Positions 49,716 to 60,639 of a DNA stretch of 62,106 nt are shown here, piece by piece. Made by a program: the position numbers and the translations under genes. Location of the stretch: positions 102,350,649-102,412,754 of the forward strand of contig NC_068981.1 of NCBI RefSeq assembly GCF_001194135.2. The letters run 5' to 3'. The notes beneath the pieces are model-generated. The model saw nothing but the letters and a program-made list of their open reading frames with translations, was not told the DNA's origin and did no database searches. This DNA comes from Octopus bimaculoides (lineage: Eukaryota). Numbering within the stretch: position 1 is the first letter of the stretch; each line of letters opens with the position of its first letter.

Positions 49716-50223
49716 GTCTTTTTTTTTTCTTGTATACAACCATACAAACATAACACTCATAGCACATGCACACTCATGCATACATACTTGTACATACAAA
49801 TACATATGCAGTCATTACGAAACACATTGACATACAAGCATATACAGGGTGTCTGGCCTAAATTTGTCAATCTATACATCTCCTTTTTTCAGAAACAGCT
49901 TGAAGTTCAAGATTGATGAAATAAGTACCAGTCATGTACTGGGATTGATGCAATCAATTAGTCCCCTCCCACAAAATTTCAAGCCTTGTTCTTATAGTAG
50001 AAAGGTTAATTGGTGCGAGTGCAGGTTTAGCTGTTGTTATTGTGGTTATGGTGGTAATAATGGTTGCTAGTTGATGCTTGCTGTCTGTTGTGATGTTTGC
50101 TTTCAGCTTGGCGCAGTCCATTTTGCCCTTGGTTTTCTCTTCAATCCATAAAGTCCTCTGGTAATAAGGTTTTCAACACGACCCCATAACATACATACAG
50201 TCATACATGCATATAAGCATATA

Positions 50224-51095
50224 CAGGGTGTTTGGGATAAATTTGTCAATTTTTATATCTCCTTTTTTCAGGAACAGCTTGATGTATTAGTGAACAGTCA
50301 ATGATATTAGAGAGCATAATGATTAAAGTTGTAACTGGGAAAAAGTTAGCTGACATAAAGGAATAGAAGCCATCTGAATATTGGAAAAGAGTTACTTGTA
50401 TCATGATGATTCACGTTGGGTATCAAAATGCTGATAGCATGACTGCTATTCAATATTCTATGAATACTGTAAAGGCTGTAAGACATAACAGGGACAGCTG
50501 CAATGGAAACTATAAAGCCGTGGCCAGCAGAAATTGACACAACAGGCATTCTGACTATGTCTGCATCATGGAATTTAACCAACAACTGTAGGACTGGGCT
50601 TCAGGTTCAGTTCAAATGGTGATGTGTAGCTGCTAGAGATTGTGGTCACACCCAGGCTGGAGAGGGTTGCCGCTGGAAGGCCATATGTGTGGCAGCAGAC
50701 AGAATTGGTTGTTAGAGAAGTTTTATGACTTCACCAACCTCGATTTCTGGCATCTTAATATGCCCAGTTGTAATCCCATGGATTGTTACATGTGGGGCAT
50801 GGTTCAGAAAGACACCAGCTGTTCAGCTTGCAACACACCAAGGCTGAGCTAGTGGTCAAGATCAAGAAGGTGTCTGAAGATCTTCCGAAGGACACTGTAA
50901 GGAACACATGTACCAAAGTCCAGATCCATTTTGAGGTCATAGTGGAAGCTGAGGAAGGCTACTTTGAGTAAACTGTCATCTCCCAGCATAATCTAGATGA
51001 TATTTTCTTAGTTTTTAAAATACTTTTATTTTTGGATGAGATATTGTGTTTTCTTTTCTTTCCTGCAAACAATCATATTTAACCTGAATACCCTG
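50224..51095 (+). mobile_element. maT-like element with both ends (5' fragment also at 49845-49905)
   Basis: TA-cagggtg..taccctg-TA, with LERVAAGRPYVWQQ|QNWLLEKFYDFT..FW..N.PSCNPMDCYMWGMVQK..EVIVEAEEGYFE*. Confidence 0.85.
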
Positions 51096-51178
51096 TACAG
51101 AGACAAGAACAAATGAACACAATCATTACCAGATCTATTCTAAAATTTCAAAACACATATACAAATTAAAACACATGC

Positions 51179-51266
<88 letters not shown>

Positions 51267-51417
51267 ATATCTTCTCTCATTCACACATGTTCACATTAAC
51301 TCTCAAGCCCACCACTCAAACCTGGTTTCGATGGCTTTTGTTTCTTTCTTCTGATGTGTCTGCTATGGTTTTTATGGTGTTAGTGTGACTTCCTGTTTGC
51401 TTTTATTATAAAGTGGT

Positions 51418-51622
51418 TAGCTGGCAGAATCATCAGCTCAATGGACAAAATGCTTAACTGCATTTCATCCATTTATACATTCTGAGTTCAAATTCTGCTG
51501 AGGTCACCTTTGCCTTTCATCCTATAAGGGTCAATGAAGTAAATACCTGTCAAGTACTGGGATTGATATAATCGAATAGTTCCCTCTCCCAAAATTTCAG
51601 GCTTTGTGGCTATGGTAGAAAT
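51418..51622 (+). mobile_element. SINE family B, decayed
   Basis: agctggcagaatc..ttctgagttcaaattc..ttgcctttcatcc. Confidence 0.82.
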
Positions 51623-52040
51623 TATTATTATTATTTACTTTTAATTTGCATATTTGTTACAATCTCTCGCTGAGACACACCCAGTGTTCTAGCATGAGTG
51701 AAAGATAAGAGATGTTACAGTATGACTGAAAGCTCAGGGAGGGAAAGTAGCAGGGAGGACAGTTGTGAAATACCTTCATCTAATACGACATGTATATTTA
51801 AATTGATAGGGGTTTTTCTACGGATGTGAGCATTATTTGTTAGGACAATCTTTTGGATTTCTCTGAGACGTGGTTCTCTGACGTCCATTTCATATCATGC
51901 CAAGGGCACCCACAATGACAGGAACAGTTCTTGCTTTAAGATGCCACATCTTTTGTATTTCAATTTCCAGATCCTTATATTTACTTAATTTGTCAAATTC
52001 CTTTACAGATATATAATTTGCCAAGCAACAAGAACAACAA
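51621..52040 (-). mobile_element. R4/Dong-clade LINE 3' end with (TAA)n tail
   Basis: KEFDKLSKYKDLEIEIQKMWHLKARTVPVIVGALGMI..EIQKIVLTNNAHIRRKTLSI* is a typical restriction-like endonuclease C-terminus; a (TAA)n tract lies at 51621-51635. Confidence 0.88.
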
Positions 52041-52319
52041 CATTGATGTTGAAAAAATAAGAAGGGAAAATTAAACAACAGTAATGCCAGCCCATTTTCT
52101 CCTCAACACGGCTCAAAATAGTGGTAGTGCTGCTGTTTATTTGCTGGCTGAAAAAGGGAGAAATGTTTCTTAGAAAAAGCATTGAGTGAGAGAGACTTAC
52201 AGCAACAACCTTTTTCTCCTCACTACTTGAACATCTTCTCTCTATCTTCTTTTGTTTTCTTAGTTGGGCAACGATCTCAATTCCACATTTTTATTTTGTT
52301 TGATTAATTTTTTATCTCT

Positions 52320-52700
52320 TTTACTTGTTTCAGTCACTGGACTTTGGCCATGCTGGGGGCACACCTTGAAGGGTTTTAGTTGAATAAATCGACCCCAGTG
52401 ATTGTGTTTTTTATATTTTATTTCTGGTACTTATTCTATCAGTCTCTTCTGCTGAACTGCTAGGTTATGAAGATATAAACAAACTTACACTAGTTGTCAA
52501 GCATATACATATGTCATCATCATCATCATCATTTAACGTCCATGTTCCAAAGACTGCACCAAGCTCCAATGTCTGCTTTGGTATGGTTTTATGGCTGGAT
52601 GCCCTTCCTTATGCCAACTACGATACAACATGGACTGGGTGCTCTTTATGTGCCAGCTGCACTATTGAGATCACCATACAGTTTGCAGCTGGACTCTGAG
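52320..52700 (-). mobile_element. SINE family A tail followed by SINE family C
   Basis: Family homology; the family A head remnant lies at 52975-53090. Confidence 0.8.
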
Positions 52701-53558
52701 CCCTGGGGTAGGTGGAGGTGTTCAACTCTATACTAGAGGATGAGGGGATTATGATGGAGATGGAGATGGGGAGCAGAGTAGGTTCTTGCAAAGAGATCTG
52801 CATTGCTACTGTTATGTATGCAAAAATAAGGGTAGAATTGAATGGAGGATGAGATGAGAGTTATGAGCTGGGGATGATAGAGGGATACAGAAGAGTAGGT
52901 GAGAGTGGGTAGCAGGGAAAGTAAAGTGCTGGTGGTGGTGGCACAAGAGAGAAAGAGGGAGAATAGAAGCTTCCACACAGTTTTCATCTACTAAATTCAC
53001 TCACAAGGCATTGATTGGCTACACAGTGAGAGTGAACCCAAAACCCACATAGTTGCAAAACAAGCTTCTTAACTACACAACTACTACCAACACCTATTTT
53101 AGCAGGTAAATGTTTTTCCTTTTCATTGGTATTGTTCCAAACGTGTTAGAAACAAAGGAACCAACCAGTTCCCTTTTAGGTTCTGCTCTGTTTGTGATAC
53201 ATTAAGAACAGAATTATTTTAAAGAAAAACAATTTACTGTCTTTACTGAGGCATGAGACACCCAACTAGCACTCTGAGAATGTACATTCCTGCTTCCATA
53301 CAATCCCCAACAAATGGTGATAAAACAGTATTAAAAGCTTCCATTGAGATCAGACTATATATATATCATATATAAAATGTCTGTTTAATAGATAGATAAA
53401 CTACTTGTTGGTTATATAATCTGTTCAATAGACACATATTCAATCTGACTTTTAGAATTAAAGAAACCGCATGACTAGAAAATCTTGGATCTCCTTCATT
53501 TTTCTTCTTTTTTTCTTATACATACATTCACACACACACACACACACATATATATATG

Positions 53559-53628
<70 letters not shown>

Positions 53629-53928
53629 CATATATCAGAAAGAATAAATCAATATGTTTATACTTTGATGATGTGGCATCAATACAACTTCTACAATGAG
53701 ATGAAATCAATATGTTTTTCTTTGATGTAATGGATCTACATGCTGCAGACAAGTAAGATAGTTTCAAAGAAAGCTAAGCTTCCATATGATGATATTAACT
53801 GTCATGATAACATTATTTAAAGATATCATGTTCAACTTATAGGATTATCTTATATAATATATTACTTTGCACAGATCACTGAAACCAGATGTTATTTCTG
53901 TGATTTATTATGCGTGGTGGGTATAAAA

Positions 53929-53977
53929 ACACAGTTGTCTTTCCTCACGTGATAAACGTGAGGAAAGACAACTGTGT
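53929..53977. repeat. Perfect 22-bp-stem hairpin with a 5-nt loop
   Basis: acacagttgtctttcctcacgt gataa acgtgaggaaagacaactgtgt. Confidence 0.97.
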
Positions 53978-54097
53978 GAATGATGATGGGGGCGGGGGAA
54001 AGGGGAAAAGATGAAGAGAAAACAATTAGTAGATATTGACTTAAATTGATGTCTGTAGAATATATGAGTCAATATAGAGTCAATATGATGTATTCAT

Positions 54098-54157
<60 letters not shown>

Positions 54158-54348
54158 TTGAAAAATGGAATAGAATAAGCTTTTCTGATAATTTTTTCCA
54201 CTTTAATAATTAGATGTTTACAAAAAAGTGACTCTGATTGAGTTTCTCACTTGAAAGTTGCTTTCAAATAAATAATTTAGAGTTTATTTTTTTTGCTTAA
54301 ATGGGGAGTGTTTGATTATAAGCATATACATATACAAACACTAACATC

Positions 54349-54393
<45 letters not shown>

Positions 54394-54732
54394 GCACACA
54401 CATGCACATACACATGTATACACATATACCAATACATAAGCACATATATATATAAGTTTATGTATATATTAATATTATCTCAGTTTAAAAAAACCTTGAC
54501 AATGTAAATATATTAATAGTTACCATGGGTAGCAAAAATCACACAAAAAAAAAAACAGGATATCACACCCGTTTTATAGGTAGAGATACCAAGTTAAAGT
54601 GATGCATTTTGAGTAGAAATGACTAATAACAATAAATGGAGCAAAACGCATATAAATAAAAGAGAGAGAGAGAGAGAGGCATACATCCACATATACATAC
54701 ACACATTTATGAAACTCTTAATACAAAGACTA

Positions 54733-55048
54733 AAGGCACATGGCTTAGTGGTTAGGGTAATTGCCTTATGATCATACGGATATGAGTTTGATTCCTGGCA
54801 GCATGTTGTAGCCTTCAGCAAGATACTTTATTTCATGTTACTCCAGTCCACTGAGTTGGCAAAAATGAGTTGTACCTGTAATTCAAAGGGTTGGCTTTAT
54901 CACATTCTTTGTCATGCTCAATCTCGCTGAGAACTATGTTAAGAGTACATGTCTCTATGGAGTGCTCAACCACTTGCACGTTAATTTCACAGGCAGGCTG
55001 TTCCATTGATTTGATCAACTGGAACGTTTGTCATCAATACAAAGACTA
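54733..55048 (+). mobile_element. SINE family E
   Basis: Reverse complement of the 12470 copy. Confidence 0.87.
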
Positions 55049-55069
55049 TGAAGACTATCCGTTGTTGTT

Positions 55070-55330
55070 GTTGGCACTCCGTTGCTTACAACGTCGAGGG
55101 TTCCAGTTGATCCGATCAGCAGAACAGCCTGCTTGTGAAATTAACATGCAAGTGGCTGAGTACTTCACAGACATGTGTACCCTTAACGTAGTTCTTGGAG
55201 AGAGATTCAGCGTGACACAGGGTGTGACAATGCTAGCCCTTTGAATTACAAGCACAACAGAAACAGGAAGTAAGAGTGAGAGAAAGTTGTGGTGAAAGAG
55301 TACAGCAGGGTTCACCACCATCCCCTGTCG
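55070..55330 (-). mobile_element. SINE family E tail, inverted against the 54733 copy
   Basis: ggcactccgttgcttac..ccctttgaattaca. Confidence 0.87.
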
Positions 55331-55715
55331 GAGCCTCTGTTTTGTATATTTTCATGGGTCAACTATGAAAATTGGATTTGAATGGTTTCTCTTTTTATTG
55401 GCTGTGTATTGCTAATAATAATGATGATGATAGCAATAATAATGGGACCCTGAGGAGATGGAGTACCCTATATTTTATAATATGTTATAATATTTTATGA
55501 TATGTATTAATCATTCTGGATGTTCTATCGAAATGTACATAGGTCTATTTCATTATTATTATTATTGTTGTTGTAATAAAGTATTTTCAACGGATCAATT
55601 TTGAGCTCTATTTAAAGTTGATATATATACAAAAACTCAACTGTGAGTTTTTTGCTAAGATTGTTAACAGACACTATATTTTTTACCAAATTTTTGTTAT
55701 AAAAAATATATATTT

Positions 55716-55757
<42 letters not shown>

Positions 55758-55787
55758 TATATATGTGTATGTATATATATATGTATG

Positions 55788-55835
<48 letters not shown>

Positions 55836-55865
55836 TATATATGTGTATGTATATATATATGTATG

Positions 55866-55933
<68 letters not shown>

Positions 55934-56709
55934 AGGAGAGACAGAGAGACAGAGAGAGAAGGAGAGAAAGAGAGAGAGACAGAGAGACAGAGAGAGAAGG
56001 AGAGTATATCTTAATAAAGTTTTAGTAAATTTGGAAGAAGACAGGATCCTGTATCTTCAAGGAATGGCCTTCCTTGATGTGCAGAAAAGGAGGAGGTCTA
56101 AACTCTATGCACTACTTGTGCTGAACAATCCAGGCATTAAAAAAAATCTATTTCCAGTGTCCTCATGGTATGTACTGCACCAGTATTGAGTATACTCAAT
56201 GTAAGCTATGGACATGGAGGAAGTGTTGTGGAATCACAGGCAGACTAAGAAAGTAAGCTTCATATGTGACAGGAGGTCAGTGGATTACATTGATCCCAGA
56301 GCTCAACTGGTCCTTATTTTATTCACTTTGAAACGATGGAAGGCAAAGATGACCTAGGTAGAATTTGAACTCAGAATGTAAAGATGGATGATTCTTTTGT
56401 ACAGATGGGCAACAATGGGTGCTTCTTGCTGTGGGTGTTACCATATTGTTTTCATGAGCTTTCATATGACATTCCAGTTTGCCTTTTTTCCCCATATGTA
56501 TATCTATGTATGTGTATATGTGTTTGTGTACAATAATCATGGTAATATAAAAAGAACCCTGAAACAAAATCAAAACAAAAAAAAATAAAGAAAACCAAAA
56601 GGGTTCCTTAAAGCAAACAGCTATAGTCTTCTAATTTACCATTTGAGTTTATTATAAAAGGATAACATTCTTAATAGTTTGGAAGATCAGTAAATTTTTC
56701 TTTTATTCT

Positions 56710-57095
56710 TTTACTTGTTTCAGTCATTAGACTGTGACCATGTTGGACCACTACCTTGAGGGGTTTTACTCGAATAAATCGATGCCAGGATTTATTTTTT
56801 AAGCCTAGTACTTATTCTATCAGTCTCTTTTGCTGAACTGCTAAGTTACCAGTTGCCAAGCAATGATGGTGGGGCTGGGGTGACAAACATAGATACAAAG
56901 GCACACATACATAGACATATACATACACATATGATGGGCTTCTTTCAGTTTCTGTCTACCAAATCCACTCATGTGGCTTTGGCTAACCCGAGGCTATAGT
57001 AGATGACACTTGCCCAAAGTGCCATGCAGTAGGAGAGTGGGACTGAACCTGGAACCATGTGTTTGGGAAGCAAGCTTCTTACTACAAAGCCATGT
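56710..57095 (-). mobile_element. SINE family A
   Basis: Family A homology. Confidence 0.88.
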
Positions 57096-57616
57096 TTGCA
57101 TAGATATAAAATGGTTACTCAGATAACTAACCATGATATTTTTTCGAAATAACATTGTGTAACAAATTTATATTTTTTCTTGTTATTTCCTATTGCTTGT
57201 ATCAAATCAAAGGAAATGACTACTATTCCCTTCAAACTTTGTTTTTGTGACCTGAACATCAATGTTTTGAAACTGACCAATTTTCCATTACATTTTAGCT
57301 TGGAGTTGCTGAAGCAGAAATAATATAGCAAATATTCTTTTCAGTAACACAGACTTGCTGGTCAGTTGCTTGATCTTAACCACTTGAGCATGTCCCTTAG
57401 TGGTTGACAATATGTGCATCTCTAATCATAAGCAAAAGTAATGGGGGAGCATCATGGTCATATGCTGAGAAGGATTCTTTGGGGTTTGAATAAATGTATC
57501 AAAAGCAAAGTCTGAAGGAAATATTAACCATTTTTCATACTTTCTATGGGTAAGCAAAAGGGGACATAACAGTTGCTACCCAAGGACAAAAATCATGTTA
57601 AACAGTATAATAGATG

Positions 57617-57990
57617 CAGGCATGGCTATGTGGATAAGGCACTTGCTTTATAATTACACGGTTTTGGGTTTAGTCCTGCTGTATGGCACCTTGGGCATAT
57701 ATCTTCTATAGCCCTAGGCTAACTAATGCCTTGTGACTAAATTTGGTAGTAGGATACTGTGTGGAAACTTGTAGTATGTATATGTGTGTTTTGTGTTTGG
57801 CTCTCACCGACCACCACAACTTGAAAACCGGTATTGGTTTGTTTCTATCCCTATAATTTGGCAGTTCACCAAATGAGATCGATAAGTATTGAACTTAAAG
57901 AATAATTACTGGGGGTGATTTGTTCAACTAAACCCTTCAAGATGGTGCCCCAGTACGGCTGCAGTCCAATGACAGTAACAAGTAAAAGAT
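57617..57990 (+). mobile_element. SINE family A, old copy
   Basis: gcaggcatggctatgtgg..ggtgccccagtacggctgcagtccaatgac. Confidence 0.8.
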
Positions 57991-58546
57991 AGAAGAATAT
58001 AAAAGACTATAGCTCTGCCTATACAAGCTTATACAAAATAATCAAATTCTAAAAACAAGAAAGGAGTTTTAGAAAATTCAAAGACAAATATTAATTTTAG
58101 ATTTTTTGACATTGAGAAATGTGAGAGGAGTTAATGACTGTGCAAATTAAAACTAGCAATCTTATAAGGTGTTAATAAGATAATAATTATGAAATATTAT
58201 GGAAAGAAATTATATAAAGAAAATGTATTTTAATGTGCAAATGTAGGTATCTGCAAAATGAAAATTCATTGAAAAGTACATAATGACAAAAAAAAAAACA
58301 AAAAAAAACCCCCACAACATTGTTAAATCGATAATCAATTATGTCCCAATACATACTGAGTGATTATAGATAACAAGATAACTTATAAATTTAGACAAAT
58401 AAATCTATATCTACAAGATAAAAATATAATATAATAAAATAAAATTGAATTTATATACATTAATTGAATAATTAAGTATTAAGATGTAGATTATAGAAAT
58501 ATGCAACAAATTTTAAGTACTGTGCCTCATTGTAGACACAAAATAT

Positions 58547-58781
58547 TTAACAAGATGGAAAAATCTAAAATTCAATAATAAAATTATATTTTTTTCAATA
58601 AATCAATATCCTTTATAAATATTATAAAAAATATGTACATATTGACATAAAATCTAACTTGTTAGCTCTTTATCGGAGGTTCAGTCCCACTGCGCAAACA
58701 TCTTCCACAATAGATTTAGGCTGACTGATGCCTTACAAGTGAGTTTGGTAGATGGAAACTGCAGGAAGCTTGTTGTTTATA
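58547..58781 (+). repeat. Local direct duplication, copy 1 (copy 2 at 60181-60413)
   Basis: About 235 bp of AT-rich flank plus a truncated family A SINE are shared, including the junction ctctttatcgga|ggttcagtc. Confidence 0.9.
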
Positions 58782-58912
58782 TCAATAAATTATTGTACCT
58801 GAATGTTGTTTTTTATACCTACCATGGACTGCTCGAGGCTTACTAACTTCCTATGTATATATATGTATATATATATCATTTGTAGAAAGACATAAACCCG
58901 GAGAGAATGGTA

Positions 58913-58992
<80 letters not shown>

Positions 58993-59419
58993 AATATTTT
59001 TTATTAATAATCTCTTGGCCCCTCTGCAACTTCTGCCAATTATTAATAAAAAACATTTATACTTGTTTTGGGTTTTATTTTCCATTTGCATCACCAAACC
59101 TATATACATACATAATATATATTGATATAGACAGACATACAGACAAATGGATAGATGTATTTAATACATCAGTGGCAAATGAAATTTGTTCAGCAGCTTT
59201 GTTGAGAATGGTAGACTGTGCATTTCTGCCTCTTTGGACTATTTCAATAGCATGTACACATTAGTTAAGACAAAATCCATGATCACTGAAATAGAAAAAC
59301 AGTGATTGAAAAATCACTGGTGTTGTGATTAGCCAGCTGGCTGAATAAAAATCTTGCTTGCATTTCACATGACAAATCTTTAGTCAGTCAGTTGCATGTT
59401 TCTCTTATACAAAACTAAT

Positions 59420-59971
59420 ATAATCCTTTCTACTAAAGGCACAAGGCCTGAAATTTGGTGGAAGGGGAGTAGTTGATTACATCATCCTAAAAGGGAAGCA
59501 ATGCAAAGTTGACTTCTGCAGAATTTGAACTCAGAACATAACGACAGGTGAAATACTGCTAAGCATTTCAGTCAGTATGTTAACGATTCTGCCAGCCCAA
59601 TGCCATTTTCAAATTTTGGCACGAGGCCAGTAATTTTAAGGGAGGAAGTAAGTTGATGACATCAACGCCACCACTGAACCCAAAAGAATGAAAGGCAAAG
59701 TTGTCCTCAGTGGAATTTGAATTCAGAATGTAGTAAGATTCTTTTCTACTTTAGGCACAAGGCCCCAAACTTTTGGGGTGGGGACCAGTTGATTAGATTG
59801 ACCCCTGTACACAAATGGTACTTAATCTATCGACCCCGAGAAGATGAAAGGTAAAGTTGATCGTGGTGGAATTTGAACTCAGAACGTATAGATAGATGAA
59901 ATACCGCTAAGTATTTTGCCCGGCATGCTAACATTTTTGCCAGCTTGCTGCCTTCAGAATGTAGTAAGATT
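59420..59971 (-). mobile_element. Cluster of three SINE family B copies; 59741-59954 has a perfect 17-bp TSD
   Basis: cagaatgtagtaagatt at 59724-59740 and 59955-59971. Confidence 0.9.
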
Positions 59972-60454
59972 ACAAAGCTAATATAATAAAATATAATTTT
60001 AATCTATTTCATTTTATTTTCCTTTCTCTTATTTCATGACTAAATTGGCCGAAACAGTTGAAACTAGTAGCATGTTTTGATAAAAATAGTGATCCTTGAT
60101 CTGTAGGTTTTTTTCATTGGTCTTCTTTTACAGTCCTCTCTTGGACCATATCAAATATTTGTAAACATTTTTTTTCTTATTTAACAGGTTAGAAAAATCT
60201 AAAATTCAATAATAAAATTATGTTTTTTCAATAAATCAATATCCTTTATATATAGTATAAAAAATATTTGCATATTAGAATAAAAACTAACTTGTTAACT
60301 CTTTATCGGAGGTTCAGTCTTACTGTGCAAACATCTTCCACTATAGCTCTAGGCTGACTGATGTCTTCCAAGTGAGTTTGGTAGACAGAAACTGCAGGAA
60401 GCTTGTTGTTTATGTGTGTATGTGTGTGTGTTTTTGAATGTTTAAATACATATA

Positions 60455-60486
<32 letters not shown>

Positions 60487-60576
60487 TGTGTGTAAACATA
60501 TATATGGCCAATAAAAAGAATTAATTATTGTTATTATAATAAAAATAGTTAGTATCTATATAATATAAAATATTAC

Positions 60577-60639
60577 TCAGCCAGTAGCTTCCATTTATAT
60601 GTCTCAACCATCTTAGTTGTCTACTGACATATGTGAGAG
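60577..60639 (-). CDS. Candidate internal exon (LTYVSRQLRWLRHINGSYWL)
   Basis: Acceptor (t)9gtcAG and donor a|GTAATA; phase 1 to 1; lies inside a non-repetitive 74-aa ORF. Confidence 0.25.

Noticed and set aside
56185-56200. Perfect 16-bp palindrome attgagtatactcaat
   Set aside because: A single short AT-rich palindrome is within chance expectation for 62 kb.
2233-59125. Most ORFs in the supplied track (IY, CV, HT, RE, poly-M/D/S/T and X-containing ORFs)
   Set aside because: They are translations of (TA)n, (CA)n, (GA)n and trinucleotide repeats or of N-gaps, which lack stop codons.
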